From contig JBCBMU010000001.1 in the NCBI GenBank assembly GCA_039822145.1, positions 116,400-180,399 on the forward strand: a stretch of DNA of 64,000 nt, in the 5' to 3' direction. Below, piece by piece: positions 49,998 to 59,535 of the stretch (its first letter is position 1; each line of letters starts with the position of its first letter). This DNA is from Pseudomonadota bacterium (lineage in GTDB: Bacteria > Pseudomonadota > Alphaproteobacteria > Caulobacterales > Hyphomonadaceae). The notes below the pieces were generated by a model. It ran no database searches and had not been told where the DNA came from. It saw only the letters and a program-made list of their open reading frames with translations. The position numbers and the translations under genes were made by a program.

Positions 49998-50435
49998 ATG
50001 AGCCATGTTTATCCTCTCGGCAAAACCGCCAAAGACGCGCTGCAAAATGCGCCAGCGGCAGCGCGTACCCGCTATGAAGCTGAAGCGCTGGCCGACGGCG
50101 TCGCGATTGCAGCGCTGGAGACCGAATGGCTGACGCCAGCGGCGCAAGATTTGGAAACGATCTTAGCGCAAGCCGAAGACAATCCAGGGCACGGATTTGT
50201 CCAGCATTATGAAGACGCGGCGGGCAACACAGTGCTGGCGGTGACCTATTGGAAGCTCGCGAAGGCGCCGAAGAAAGCCAAGCCGAAATCGCCTGCTAAG
50301 CCTGACGCCAAATCTGAGGCGCAAGACCATACGGATGATTTATATTTTAAATCAGGCCGCACCAAAAAGAGCCGGCGAAAGGCTTTCCTCGATCCAAATC
50401 AGATGGACTTGTTTGGCGCGGCGAAGGAAGACTAA
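49998..50435 (+). CDS. Hypothetical protein with C-terminal QMDLF motif
   Basis: Coding-like ORF; Lys/Pro/Ala-rich segment; DPNQMDLF near the C-terminus. Confidence 0.75.
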   Translation: MSHVYPLGKTAKDALQNAPAAARTRYEAEALADGVAIAALETEWLTPAAQDLETILAQAEDNPGHGFVQHYEDAAGNTVLAVTYWKLAKAPKKAKPKSPAKPDAKSEAQDHTDDLYFKSGRTKKSRRKAFLDPNQMDLFGAAKED

Positions 50436-50953
50436 GCTGGCTTAAAGGTCAGCGCGACACCATTATTGCAATAGCGCAGACCCGTTGGCGCCGGGCCGTC
50501 TTTGAACACATGGCCATGGTGTCCGCCGCAGCGCGCGCAGTGATATTCAGTGCGCGTCATCCACAGCTTATTGTCTTCCTTAAAGCCGAGCGTGCCGGGA
50601 ATATAATCATAGAAACTCGGCCAACCGGTGCCGCTATCATATTTGGTTTGGCTCTCGAAAATGGCCAAATCGCAGCCAGCGCAATGAAACACACCGTCGC
50701 GTTTTTCCTCATTCAAAGACGACGTGAAGGCGCGTTCTGTCGCTTCTTCGCGGAGCACACGATAGGCCAAAGGGGAGAGGCGCGCTTTCCACTCTTCGGG
50801 GGTCAGCTTGCGCCATTCACTGTCGGCAAACTCACCGGCAATGGCCTCTGCATAAGCACGATTATTTTGTCCGGCGCCGGAACAAGCGGCGATTAGGCCA
50901 AGCGGGGCGGCGAGCAAAAAGCTGCGGCGTGGGAGATCAATCTTATCAGTCAT
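50432..50953 (-). CDS. msrB: Methionine-R-sulfoxide reductase with Tat-like signal
   Basis: RRSFLL N-terminus; TERAF, KYDSGTGWPSF, GHHGHVF.DGP.PTGLRYC.N. Confidence 0.93.
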   Translation of the reverse strand: MTDKIDLPRRSFLLAAPLGLIAACSGAGQNNRAYAEAIAGEFADSEWRKLTPEEWKARLSPLAYRVLREEATERAFTSSLNEEKRDGVFHCAGCDLAIFESQTKYDSGTGWPSFYDYIPGTLGFKEDNKLWMTRTEYHCARCGGHHGHVFKDGPAPTGLRYCNNGVALTFKPA

Positions 50954-50977
50954 ATCTTGTCCTAAATAGGTTGTCCG

Positions 50978-51028
50978 CTGTCAGCGTCCAGTCACATCCC
51001 AGTCACGTCCCTGTCACCTTTGTGTCAG
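50978..51028. repeat. Five GTCA units at exact 11-bp spacing
   Basis: GTCA at 50980, 50991, 51002, 51013 and 51024. Confidence 0.8.
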
Positions 51029-51119
51029 CTGCAAGTGACCAGAATTGTCTCTCGCTTTGATACCGATTTGCGATTAGGGAGCGGAAACCTGATTGCGAAG
51101 CCTGTTAAGAGATTTGTCG

Positions 51120-51380
51120 ATGACCGAACCTATGAACGATACGCTAACTGAAACTGCCCGCGATAAATTGCGCCTCACAGTTGAGCGGATAGAGCGCTTA
51201 GAAGAAGAAAAAAAAGAGATCGCCGAGCAAATCAAAGAAGTTTACGGCGAAGCGAAAGCGCTCGGATATGACACAAAAGCGCTGCGCTCTGTGGTCCGCT
51301 TGCGCAAGCAAGACCGCCAAGAGCGCGAAGAGCAGGAAGCGATTTTAGAAGTGTATCTTGACGCACTTGGCGAGATCTAA
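51120..51380 (+). CDS. gapR: GapR / DUF2312 nucleoid-associated protein
   Basis: [39 protein letters not shown]...Y...LGEI. Confidence 0.88.
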   Translation: MTEPMNDTLTETARDKLRLTVERIERLEEEKKEIAEQIKEVYGEAKALGYDTKALRSVVRLRKQDRQEREEQEAILEVYLDALGEI

Positions 51381-51424
51381 GCTCTATTCTTGCCTGCACA
51401 GGGCGGATGGCATTATGGAAGGCC

Positions 51425-51898
51425 ATGCCCCGCGACGTTGATGACCGCAAAAAACGCAAAGCTCTGCGGAAAATTCGCAAAGCCGCGATGCTTGCCGAGC
51501 AAGGTTTAGGGCCGCCTTTATCGGACTGGGAAAAGCAATTCCTAGAAGAAGTTGAACAGCGGATTGAGACTTATGGCTCAGCCTTTCATGACCTCGAAAA
51601 AGGCGGCGCCGACGAAGCCTTATCGTCTCTTCAATTTGTGAAACTCCGTGAGATTGACAAAAAAGCCCGCGGGAAGGGCAAGTCTGGGTTTCGAAAATCG
51701 AATGGTTTCAAGCGCAAAACACCGCCGCGCGCGCGCCAGATTGATGAAGACATAGACGATGCGCCGCCGCCTGAGAAAACCGGGCCGCAATTGGTTCGGG
51801 CCCGTGATTTGGCGCCATCCCGCGATGCAGCGCCGCCGCCCAGGGCTATATCCCGTCCCGCACTGCGCGTGATCCAGGGCGGCGCCGAGAAGGACTAA
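51425..51898 (+). CDS. Basic hypothetical protein
   Basis: Coding-like ORF, Lys/Arg-rich, ends LRVIQGG; start uncertain (51407 or 51425). Confidence 0.7.
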   Translation: MPRDVDDRKKRKALRKIRKAAMLAEQGLGPPLSDWEKQFLEEVEQRIETYGSAFHDLEKGGADEALSSLQFVKLREIDKKARGKGKSGFRKSNGFKRKTPPRARQIDEDIDDAPPPEKTGPQLVRARDLAPSRDAAPPPRAISRPALRVIQGGAEKD

Positions 51899-51952
51899 TC
51901 CATATTATATTGCACTACGTATATAAAATAAACACGCTGGGAATCTTGCTTT

Positions 51953-52804
51953 ATGAAAACCGTTCTTATCACTGGCGCGTCCACCGGAATCGGACGCAGC
52001 GCAGCCGAACACCTCGCCCAACAGGGGTGGCAAGTTTTTGCCGGTGTGCGCAAACTGAAAGATGGCGAGCCGCTGGTCGCCGCGCATGAAAATATCAAAC
52101 CGATCCTGCTTGATGTAACCCAGCCTGAGCAAGTTGATGCGGCGGTTGAGACCGTGCGCGCAGCGCTTGGCGGGCAGAAACTGGCGGGACTGGTGAACAA
52201 TGCGGGCATTGCCAATATGGGCCCGCTGGCGGTGCAGCCGCTGGATCAGTTTAAAGCCCATTTTGACGTCAACGTGTTTGGCTTGCTGCGGGCCAGCCAG
52301 GCCTTCGCGCCGCTCTTAGGGATGGATGAAAGCCTACAAGGCCCGCCCGGCCGGATCATCAATATTACCAGTGTTGGCGGCAAACTCGCCTCGCCTTTCC
52401 TCGGCGCCTATACCGCCACCAAACATGCGGTTGAGAGCATGACGGACAGTCTGCGCCGGGAATTGGTCATATTCGGCATCGACGCCATCGCAGTGGGTCC
52501 CGGGGCGGTGAAAACGCCGATTTGGGATAAGGCTGAGAAAGACAATAGCAGCAACCCGTATTCCAACTCGCCTTGGGCAAAACCAATTGAAAAATTCAGC
52601 GAAACCATGCTCGAAGGCGGCCGGACGGGCCTGGCGCCAGAGCTGATTGCACAGACCATCGAAACCGCGCTCACGGCGCGCAAGCCGAAAGCGCGTTATG
52701 CCCCGGTGCCGAACAAATTGACCAATTTCACGCTGCCTATGCTGCTGCCAAAGCGGACAGTGGATGGCTTCTTCTGGAAACGGTTCGGCCTCAAGCAAAG
52801 CTAG
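51953..52804 (+). CDS. SDR family oxidoreductase
   Basis: TGASTGIG, NNAG, YTATK. Confidence 0.93.
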   Translation: MKTVLITGASTGIGRSAAEHLAQQGWQVFAGVRKLKDGEPLVAAHENIKPILLDVTQPEQVDAAVETVRAALGGQKLAGLVNNAGIANMGPLAVQPLDQFKAHFDVNVFGLLRASQAFAPLLGMDESLQGPPGRIINITSVGGKLASPFLGAYTATKHAVESMTDSLRRELVIFGIDAIAVGPGAVKTPIWDKAEKDNSSNPYSNSPWAKPIEKFSETMLEGGRTGLAPELIAQTIETALTARKPKARYAPVPNKLTNFTLPMLLPKRTVDGFFWKRFGLKQS

Positions 52805-53265
52805 GCTTTGTGATAAGGCAGCCCGGCTTGCAGGCTGACCGCCCGGTATAATTGCTCGGCCAACATGACTTTGACCAATCTGTGCGGCCAAGTCTGGGGC
52901 CCGAAGGCGAGGGTTTGCGGGAACGCTGCCCGAACTTCGTCGCTATAGCCCTCCGCGCCGCCGATTAAAAAGCACAGCGTATCGGTTCCGGCATCACGTA
53001 ATTTGGCCAGGCGGTCGGAAAAAGCGACCGAGCTTAGTTGCGGGCCATGTTCGTCAAGGCGCATCACCGATGCACCTTTCGGCACGGCGCCAAGCAATCT
53101 TGTCCCCTCAGTGATAAGGCCGCCGCCGCTGGCCAAATCGTGCAGCTTCAGGGAGCGAAAGCCAATATTCGGACCGGCTTTTGCAAACCGCGCAGCATAG
53201 TCACCTGCGAGATCCTTTTCCGGGCCCGACTTTGGTTTGCCGATGCTGATAATTTGAATGTGCAT
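52801..53265 (-). CDS. rlmH: 23S rRNA pseudouridine-1915 methyltransferase
   Basis: LDEHG, FLIGGAEG, TWPHRLV..ML.EQLYRA...PYHK. Confidence 0.94.
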   Translation of the reverse strand: MHIQIISIGKPKSGPEKDLAGDYAARFAKAGPNIGFRSLKLHDLASGGGLITEGTRLLGAVPKGASVMRLDEHGPQLSSVAFSDRLAKLRDAGTDTLCFLIGGAEGYSDEVRAAFPQTLAFGPQTWPHRLVKVMLAEQLYRAVSLQAGLPYHKA

Positions 53266-53282
53266 ACGTCGCCGCTGACGGC

Positions 53283-53690
53283 TTAGACGTCAGACGGGCG
53301 GTGGCCGCTCTCACCGGCCCAAATCTTTTCGAGATTGTAGAAGCTGCGCACTTCGGGGCGGAACAAATGCACGATGACATCACCGAGATCGATCAGAACC
53401 CAGTCCGCATTTGGCAGGCCTTCAAGCTTCGGAGCCTGCCCCGTCTTGTCTTTCACCTTCTGCGCCAAATGTGTCGCAATCGCGCTGACGTGGCGCGCAG
53501 AGCGTCCCGAGGCGATGATCATAATGTCTGCGAGGGATGATTTTTCGGTCAGATCGATGACCGTGAGGTCTTCGGCTTTGTCATCCTCTAAAGAGGCAAT
53601 GATCGTTTCTGAGAACGCGCGGATATCTTCCAGAGTCGCGGCGCGGGCCGAATTCGTCTCAGTTTTGACTGCGGGCAGGGTGAGCTCCAT
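53283..53690 (-). CDS. rsfS: Ribosome silencing factor
   Basis: LEDDKAED, IASGRSARHV, WVLIDLGDVIVHLF, FYNLEKIW. Confidence 0.95.
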   Translation of the reverse strand: MELTLPAVKTETNSARAATLEDIRAFSETIIASLEDDKAEDLTVIDLTEKSSLADIMIIASGRSARHVSAIATHLAQKVKDKTGQAPKLEGLPNADWVLIDLGDVIVHLFRPEVRSFYNLEKIWAGESGHRPSDV

Positions 53691-53780
53691 AGAGTTGTTA
53701 TGGTTCCCATAATAGCATGCGTTGCGAGCATGGCCTAGGGTGAATTGGCAACACTTGCGCAGTGTTTACGGCGATCTGCG

Positions 53781-54269
53781 CTAATCGTTTAGAACAAACC
53801 GACCGGCAGCGCGATCCTTCTTCACCTCACCCGCCGCAAACACTTGTCCATTCATTGCAATATAGACGCCCGGTGCTTGTTGCAGCGCGGTCGCAATCGC
53901 GAACCCGACATTAAAAATAGCGTCCGTGGAGCGCAGGCGCGCGGGCTGCATAGACCCTGTTAAAACGATGGTTTTTCCAGACACAGAGCGCAAACGCTCC
54001 GCTGTCAGCGCCATTGTATCTGTCCCATGCGTGATCAAAATATGTTGCGATGGGCTTTCCGACACGGCCGTCAAAATCGTATCGCGGTCCTCGTCTGTGA
54101 GCTCGAGACTGTCTTTTTTCATCAAAGAGGTCAGCGCATATTCGATCCCGACATTGGCCTCACGTAAAATGGCATCAAGCGGGGATTCGCCGACTTGGAA
54201 CTCTGACAGGGCATCGAAATAGACTTTGTCAATTGTCCCGCCAGTGGTGAAGATTTGTACGTCGGTCAT
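53781..54269 (-). CDS. Short asparaginase-domain protein
   Basis: TTGGTI, ITHGTDTM, LTGSMQP; 162 aa. Confidence 0.85.
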   Translation of the reverse strand: MTDVQIFTTGGTIDKVYFDALSEFQVGESPLDAILREANVGIEYALTSLMKKDSLELTDEDRDTILTAVSESPSQHILITHGTDTMALTAERLRSVSGKTIVLTGSMQPARLRSTDAIFNVGFAIATALQQAPGVYIAMNGQVFAAGEVKKDRAAGRFVLND

Positions 54270-54874
54270 GCGCGGCGGCTCCGCAATAGAGTCGAGGACA
54301 TCGGGTCCAGTGGGGCTGTCAGATAGGTCCAGGCGGGCGCATTTTGCGCGGCTAAGAGGCGCGCCCCTTGGCTCGTAATGCGATGCCGGCTGAGCCGTTT
54401 CGCGAACGGGCTGCCCCGCGCTGCGAGCTCAAATCCCGGCCGCGCGATCACGGCAATCGGGATGGTCGCCGCGAGCTTTCGCCAATCTTTCCAATAGTGA
54501 AACGTCATCAGGCTGTCAGCGCCCATGATCCAGACCAATTGTGCCTGCGGGCAATAATGCCGCATCAGGCGCACCAAATCATAAGTGTAGCGCAAATTCA
54601 GCTGCTGTTCGACATCGCTGACTTTGAAATGGCGATGCCTCTGGGTCAGCTCCTCCACGGCTTGGAACCGGGCCTGATAGTCGCTCGGCGCTTCTTTGAG
54701 CGGATTGCCCGGCGTCGGGAACCACCAGACTTGGTCCAGGCCGAGCCGCTTATGGGCCGTCGAAGCGACGTGCAAATGCCCGCTATGCGGGGGATCAAAG
54801 CTGCCGCCGAACAATCCGATCCGCGCACGCGTGCGGCTCGGCGGCAGAAAAGCTGCGGGTCTAATGAAAGTCAT
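54266..54874 (-). CDS. nadD: Nicotinate-nucleotide adenylyltransferase
   Basis: GGSFDPPHSGH, IMGADSL, SST.LR. Confidence 0.92.
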   Translation of the reverse strand: MTFIRPAAFLPPSRTRARIGLFGGSFDPPHSGHLHVASTAHKRLGLDQVWWFPTPGNPLKEAPSDYQARFQAVEELTQRHRHFKVSDVEQQLNLRYTYDLVRLMRHYCPQAQLVWIMGADSLMTFHYWKDWRKLAATIPIAVIARPGFELAARGSPFAKRLSRHRITSQGARLLAAQNAPAWTYLTAPLDPMSSTLLRSRRA

Positions 54875-54897
54875 AGCGGTGATTAGCGCGCTCGCAG

Positions 54898-56184
54898 TTA
54901 AGGGCGGGTTTGTCCGGTCCCGCGCACGAGATATTTGAAAATGGTCAATTGCTCAGCCCCAACCGGTCCCCGGGCGTGAATGCGGCCTGTCGCGATGCCA
55001 ATCTCCGCGCCCATGCCGAATTGACCCCCATCCGCAAATTGCGTCGAGGCGTTATGCATAACAATGCCGGAATCCACTTCGGCTAGGAAACGTTCCGCCA
55101 CAGCGGTGTCCTCGGTGACAATAGATTCGGTATGGCTGGTGCCGTAAGTCTCGATATGAGCCATGGCGCCGTCGACGCCGTCAACCACGCGAACAGACAG
55201 GATGGGGGCGAGATATTCGGTGCGCCAATCCTCTTCAGTCGCAGGTTCAATCGCTGGCACGAGGCTCTGCGCGGCGTCGTCGCCTTTCAGCGCGCAGCCG
55301 GCATCGATCAGAGCGGCGGCCATGGCCGGCAATAAATCACTGGCAATCGCTTGATCGATCAACAACGTTTCGGCTGATCCGCAAATCCCGGTTCGGCGCA
55401 TCTTGGCATTGACGATAATATCAATCGCTTTTTGCGGATCGGCCGCGGCGTCGACATAAATGTGGCAAAGCCCTTCCAAATGGCCAATCACTGGCACGCG
55501 GGCTTCGTCTTGAACGCGCGCCACCAGGCTTTTACCGCCGCGGGGCACGATCACGTCAATCGCGCCCTCAAGCCCGGTCAGCATATGACCGACGGCGGCG
55601 CGGTCTTTCGTTTGCACCAATTGCACGGCGTCTTCCGGCAGCTGCGCCGCGGCCAATCCAGCGCGCAACGCAGTTGCGATGGCAATGGCGGAGTGCAGGC
55701 TCTCGCTGCCGGCGCGCAAGATCGCGGCATTGCCGGATCTGACACAAAGCGCGGCAGCGTCGGCGGTCACATTGGGCCGCGCTTCGTAAATGATCCCAAT
55801 CACGCCCAGGGGTGTGCGGACGCGCGCAATGTCGAGGCCAGATGGTACGGTCCAGCGGGCAATTTCGCTGCCCACGGGGTCCGGTAGCGCAGCCACATCG
55901 CGCAACGCGCTGGCAATGTCTGCTATCCGCTCGGGAGTCAGAGCGAGCCGGTCCAGCATCGCCGTGCTGAGCCCTTTGGCTTTGCCGGCGGCGAGGTCGT
56001 CCGCATTGGCGTTTAGGATCTCGGCTTCGGCCGCGCTTAAGGCGTCGGCCATGGCCAGGATCGCTTGCGTCCGTCCGTCGACACCGGATTTCGCCAGTTC
56101 AGCCGACGCTCGCCGCGCCCGCTGGCCCATTTCGAGCAATGTCGCGTGCAAGTCGTCCGTCGGAGTGTGTAATGTATCGGCCAT
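54898..56184 (-). CDS. proA: Gamma-glutamyl phosphate reductase
   Basis: [37 protein letters not shown]. Confidence 0.96.
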   Translation of the reverse strand: MADTLHTPTDDLHATLLEMGQRARRASAELAKSGVDGRTQAILAMADALSAAEAEILNANADDLAAGKAKGLSTAMLDRLALTPERIADIASALRDVAALPDPVGSEIARWTVPSGLDIARVRTPLGVIGIIYEARPNVTADAAALCVRSGNAAILRAGSESLHSAIAIATALRAGLAAAQLPEDAVQLVQTKDRAAVGHMLTGLEGAIDVIVPRGGKSLVARVQDEARVPVIGHLEGLCHIYVDAAADPQKAIDIIVNAKMRRTGICGSAETLLIDQAIASDLLPAMAAALIDAGCALKGDDAAQSLVPAIEPATEEDWRTEYLAPILSVRVVDGVDGAMAHIETYGTSHTESIVTEDTAVAERFLAEVDSGIVMHNASTQFADGGQFGMGAEIGIATGRIHARGPVGAEQLTIFKYLVRGTGQTRP

Positions 56185-56233
56185 AGCGCGCTCATGCCGG
56201 ATTTATCGCCGCGGAGCAATGAGGGAAACTAAA

Positions 56234-57688
56234 CTATCCGCGCCAAAACTGGCGGGTCATTAACACGAACACCGCGGTAAATTCGAGTCGGCCCAGCAAC
56301 ATCGCGATCGCGCAAATCCACTTGCCGCGATCGGTTAGGCCGGAAAATGTTCCAGCTGGGCCAATCTCTGGCCCGAGGCCAGGACCGACATTTGAGACAC
56401 TGGTAGCAGCGCCCGAAATCGCCGTCAGCGGCTCTTCGCCGGTCAGACTGAGAAGGATCGCGGCGACGACAAAGGTCGCCATATAGAGAAACACAAACAC
56501 CATGACTGATTGCAATGTGTCATTGTCGATGACTTTGCCGCCATAACGGATGCGTACCACGCGGTTCGGGCTGACCATTTGTTGCGCATGCGCGAGTACA
56601 GCGCGGAAACTGATTTCGAGCCGGAACATTTTGATCCCGCAAGCAGCCGATCCGGCGCACCCGCCCAGGAAAATCGTGATCAAGAAAATCATCACCACCG
56701 GCTCGCCCCAACTGTCATAGGGCACAGTCGCATAGCCGGTGCCGGTCATCACTGAGACGACGTTAAACAGCGTTTCGATATAGCCATTGAGCGGGCTGAT
56801 TATCACATAATCCTGGTCTGCAATCACGCGCAGCAAAAACACCAAGGACGTGATCCCGACAATCAGGCCCATGAATAGGCGCGGCTGTGGGTCTGTATAA
56901 AGCGGCTTCACCCGGCCATGGATCAAAGCGAGGGCCAAGAGGCTGAACGGCAAGCCGGCAATGATCATAAACACAATTGCGGCGGGCACGGCGGGGGTTT
57001 CGTAAAACGCACCGAAGGACGCATTATAAGTCGAATAGCCGCCCGCCGACACGGTCGTCATGGCATGCGCAATCCCTTCAAACGCGGTCATCCCGCAGGC
57101 CATATAGGTCGCGGCGCAGGCGATAGAAATGGCCAGATATATCATCCCGATTTGCGCCGTCACCTCACCAATGCGCGGTACGAATTTACCAGACACATCA
57201 GAGCTCTCGAGCTGGAACAATTGCATGCCTCCGACGCGCAACATAGGTAGAATTGCAATCGCGGTGACAATGATCCCGATGCCGCCAAACCATTGCAGAA
57301 TGGCCCGCCATAGAAGCAGGCCCCGGGGTTTGTCGTCGAGCTCAGCAATCACGGTTGAGCCCGTCGTCGTGAGGCCTGAAATGCTTTCAAACATGGCGTC
57401 TGTGACGCTCATCCCGATGCCCATGAACGGGATCGCTGCCATGCCTGGCAAGACGACCCAAACCAGAACCGTCAACAAAAAGGCCTCGCGCGCGCCCGTC
57501 CGCCCTGATGGCTTGCCCGAAAGGACAATGAGACCGCCGCCAAAGAGCAGCAGCATGGTCGCGCTGGCGGCGAAGACCGGCCACTCAGCGCGATTGTCGG
57601 CAACGTCAAGCAGCCAGCATGGGATCATCGCGGCGCCAAGCAGCGCGGTCATGATACCAAGAGCGAGGATGACAACTCGTAATTGCAT
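56234..57688 (-). CDS. trkH: TrkH/TrkG potassium uptake permease
   Basis: FESISGLTTTG, TTVSAGG, TGTGY, SNVGPGLG, LGRLE. Confidence 0.94.
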   Translation of the reverse strand: MQLRVVILALGIMTALLGAAMIPCWLLDVADNRAEWPVFAASATMLLLFGGGLIVLSGKPSGRTGAREAFLLTVLVWVVLPGMAAIPFMGIGMSVTDAMFESISGLTTTGSTVIAELDDKPRGLLLWRAILQWFGGIGIIVTAIAILPMLRVGGMQLFQLESSDVSGKFVPRIGEVTAQIGMIYLAISIACAATYMACGMTAFEGIAHAMTTVSAGGYSTYNASFGAFYETPAVPAAIVFMIIAGLPFSLLALALIHGRVKPLYTDPQPRLFMGLIVGITSLVFLLRVIADQDYVIISPLNGYIETLFNVVSVMTGTGYATVPYDSWGEPVVMIFLITIFLGGCAGSAACGIKMFRLEISFRAVLAHAQQMVSPNRVVRIRYGGKVIDNDTLQSVMVFVFLYMATFVVAAILLSLTGEEPLTAISGAATSVSNVGPGLGPEIGPAGTFSGLTDRGKWICAIAMLLGRLEFTAVFVLMTRQFWRG

Positions 57689-57950
57689 GTCAGAGGGGAC
57701 TAAGTCGAAAAAGCTGAAGAGGCGTGTATTTTTGAACACGCTGAGACGACTAAAGCATACAAAAATGCGGCCAGTGTGGATTAAATTCAGTGAAACAGTG
57801 AAATTTTTTACCGGATGGCAATCTTGGTTAACCAATTGTAAAAAAAGAGATTTGTATAGTCGCCGGGACACTAGGTAAACTGTGTTCCGAAAAATTGTCG
57901 GTTTGTTCTTGATTAGTTTCGTCAATGCGACCTTGTGGACATCAAAGAAT

Positions 57951-58050
57951 CCCCATCGCTCCCATTTGAATCCAGTTCATCCCATGTTATCCCATATGTG
58001 AGCAAGCTAAGCCCATTTAGGTTTGGCTGGGGTGAATGATGGGAGTTTCG
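57951..58050. promoter_or_regulatory. MraZ-box-like repeats upstream of mraZ
   Basis: (T)CCCA/TCCAG at about 10-bp period (57951, 57960, 57971, 57980, 57990, 58011), then TGGGG/TGGGA in the opposite orientation. Confidence 0.65.
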
Positions 58051-58051
58051 G

Positions 58052-58543
58052 GTGTTTGTCTCCACATTTGAGACATCGCTAGACAGCAAGGGTCGGGTCT
58101 CTGTGCCTGCGCCCTTTCGGCATGCGCTCGAAGGCGGTGCCCGAATTTTCTTGTACCCAGCGCTTGATGGCTCGCCCTGTTTGGAAGGCGGCGGCGACGC
58201 TTTGATGCGCCAAAATCAAGCGACTCTGTCGCGCATGAGCCCAAACTCAACGGCGCGCCGGGTATTTTTGAACCGCACTGTGTCAAAAGCCATTGAGTTG
58301 AAATTGGACGATACCGGGCGGATTAAAATCCCCGAAAAGCATTTGCAGATGGCCGGGGTCGGCAAGGATCTCGTATTTGTCGGCGCCATGGATCGTTTCT
58401 ATATCTGGGAACCGGCGCGCTATGCCGCCTATGACGCAGAGATGGAATCCCAGCTCGCTGACGTCCAGACTGATTTTGAAGGCTCGTTCAATGCCGGCCT
58501 GGCCTCTGGTGGTATTCGCGGCATCGTCGGGGAGAGCGATTAA
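58052..58543 (+). CDS. mraZ: MraZ transcriptional regulator
   Basis: LDSKGRVSVP and LDDTGRIKIP repeats. Confidence 0.94.
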   Translation: MFVSTFETSLDSKGRVSVPAPFRHALEGGARIFLYPALDGSPCLEGGGDALMRQNQATLSRMSPNSTARRVFLNRTVSKAIELKLDDTGRIKIPEKHLQMAGVGKDLVFVGAMDRFYIWEPARYAAYDAEMESQLADVQTDFEGSFNAGLASGGIRGIVGESD

Positions 58544-59535
58544 TGGCGCATATCCCGGTTATGCTTCCTGAAGTCATCCACGCCTTACAACCAACAGATG
58601 GTGAAACCTATGTCGACGGCACCTTTGGTGGGGGCGGCTATGCCTTACGCGTTTTAGGCGCGGCAGAGTGCGCCCTTTACGGCATTGATCGCGACTTCGA
58701 TGCCATTTCACGCGCGGAAGCGCTGAGCGAAAAACACCCCGGTCTAACCCCATTGCTTGGACGGTTCGGGGATATGGATGCCCTGATGATCAATGCGGGC
58801 GTCGACTTGGTCGATGGCGTCATGCTCGACATTGGCGTGTCTTCGTTTCAGATCGACCAAAGTGGCCGCGGGTTTTCTTTCATGCGCGACGGGCCGCTTG
58901 ATATGCGGATGGGACAAACGGGGCCGAGTGCGCAGGATGTCGTCAATCAAATGACGGCAAGCGATCTCACCTCGATCATTCGCCAGCTTGGAGAAGAGCG
59001 GCAGGCCAAACGGATCGCAAATACAATTGTCGCGCATCGCAAAGAGTCGCCGTTCGAGTCGACGCTGCAACTTGCAAATTGCGTTGAAGACGCCGTCGGC
59101 GGTCGCCGCGGTAAGAAAACGCATCCTGCGACTCTGACGTTTCAGGCCATCCGCATGTTCGTAAATGATGAGCTCGGCGAGCTGGCGCGGGGCTTAGCCG
59201 CGGCGGAGCGAATTTTGCGCGCCGGAGGCCGGCTTGTGGTGGTGACTTTCCATTCGCTCGAAGACCGCCTGGTCAAACAATTCATGCGCGCGCGCGCAGG
59301 TTTTACGGCGGGCGCATCGCGCTATATGCCAGAGGCTGCAAAGGGGCCTGATCCAAGCTTTGAACTGCGCCAGCGCAAAGCTTTAGAGCCGGGCGAAGCG
59401 GAGACATCGACAAATCCGCGGGCCCGCTCGGCGCGCCTGCGTGTTGCGGTCCGCACCTCCGCGCAGGCTTGGACGGACCCAGTAGAAACTGGGTTTCGTT
59501 TGCCCTCGCTTGATCTTGTGGAGGCCGCGTCATGA
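58543..59535 (+). CDS. rsmH: 16S rRNA C1402 methyltransferase
   Basis: HIPVML, DGTFGGGGY, DIGVSSFQID, FHSLEDR, NPRARSARLR. Confidence 0.97.
   Translation: MAHIPVMLPEVIHALQPTDGETYVDGTFGGGGYALRVLGAAECALYGIDRDFDAISRAEALSEKHPGLTPLLGRFGDMDALMINAGVDLVDGVMLDIGVSSFQIDQSGRGFSFMRDGPLDMRMGQTGPSAQDVVNQMTASDLTSIIRQLGEERQAKRIANTIVAHRKESPFESTLQLANCVEDAVGGRRGKKTHPATLTFQAIRMFVNDELGELARGLAAAERILRAGGRLVVVTFHSLEDRLVKQFMRARAGFTAGASRYMPEAAKGPDPSFELRQRKALEPGEAETSTNPRARSARLRVAVRTSAQAWTDPVETGFRLPSLDLVEAAS

Noticed and set aside
56185-57688. proB absent before proA and trkA absent beside trkH
   Set aside because: These genes are often unlinked; not informative without the rest of the genome.
57689-58051. rnpB upstream of mraZ
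   Set aside because: AT-rich region lacking the GAGGAAAGTCC signature.
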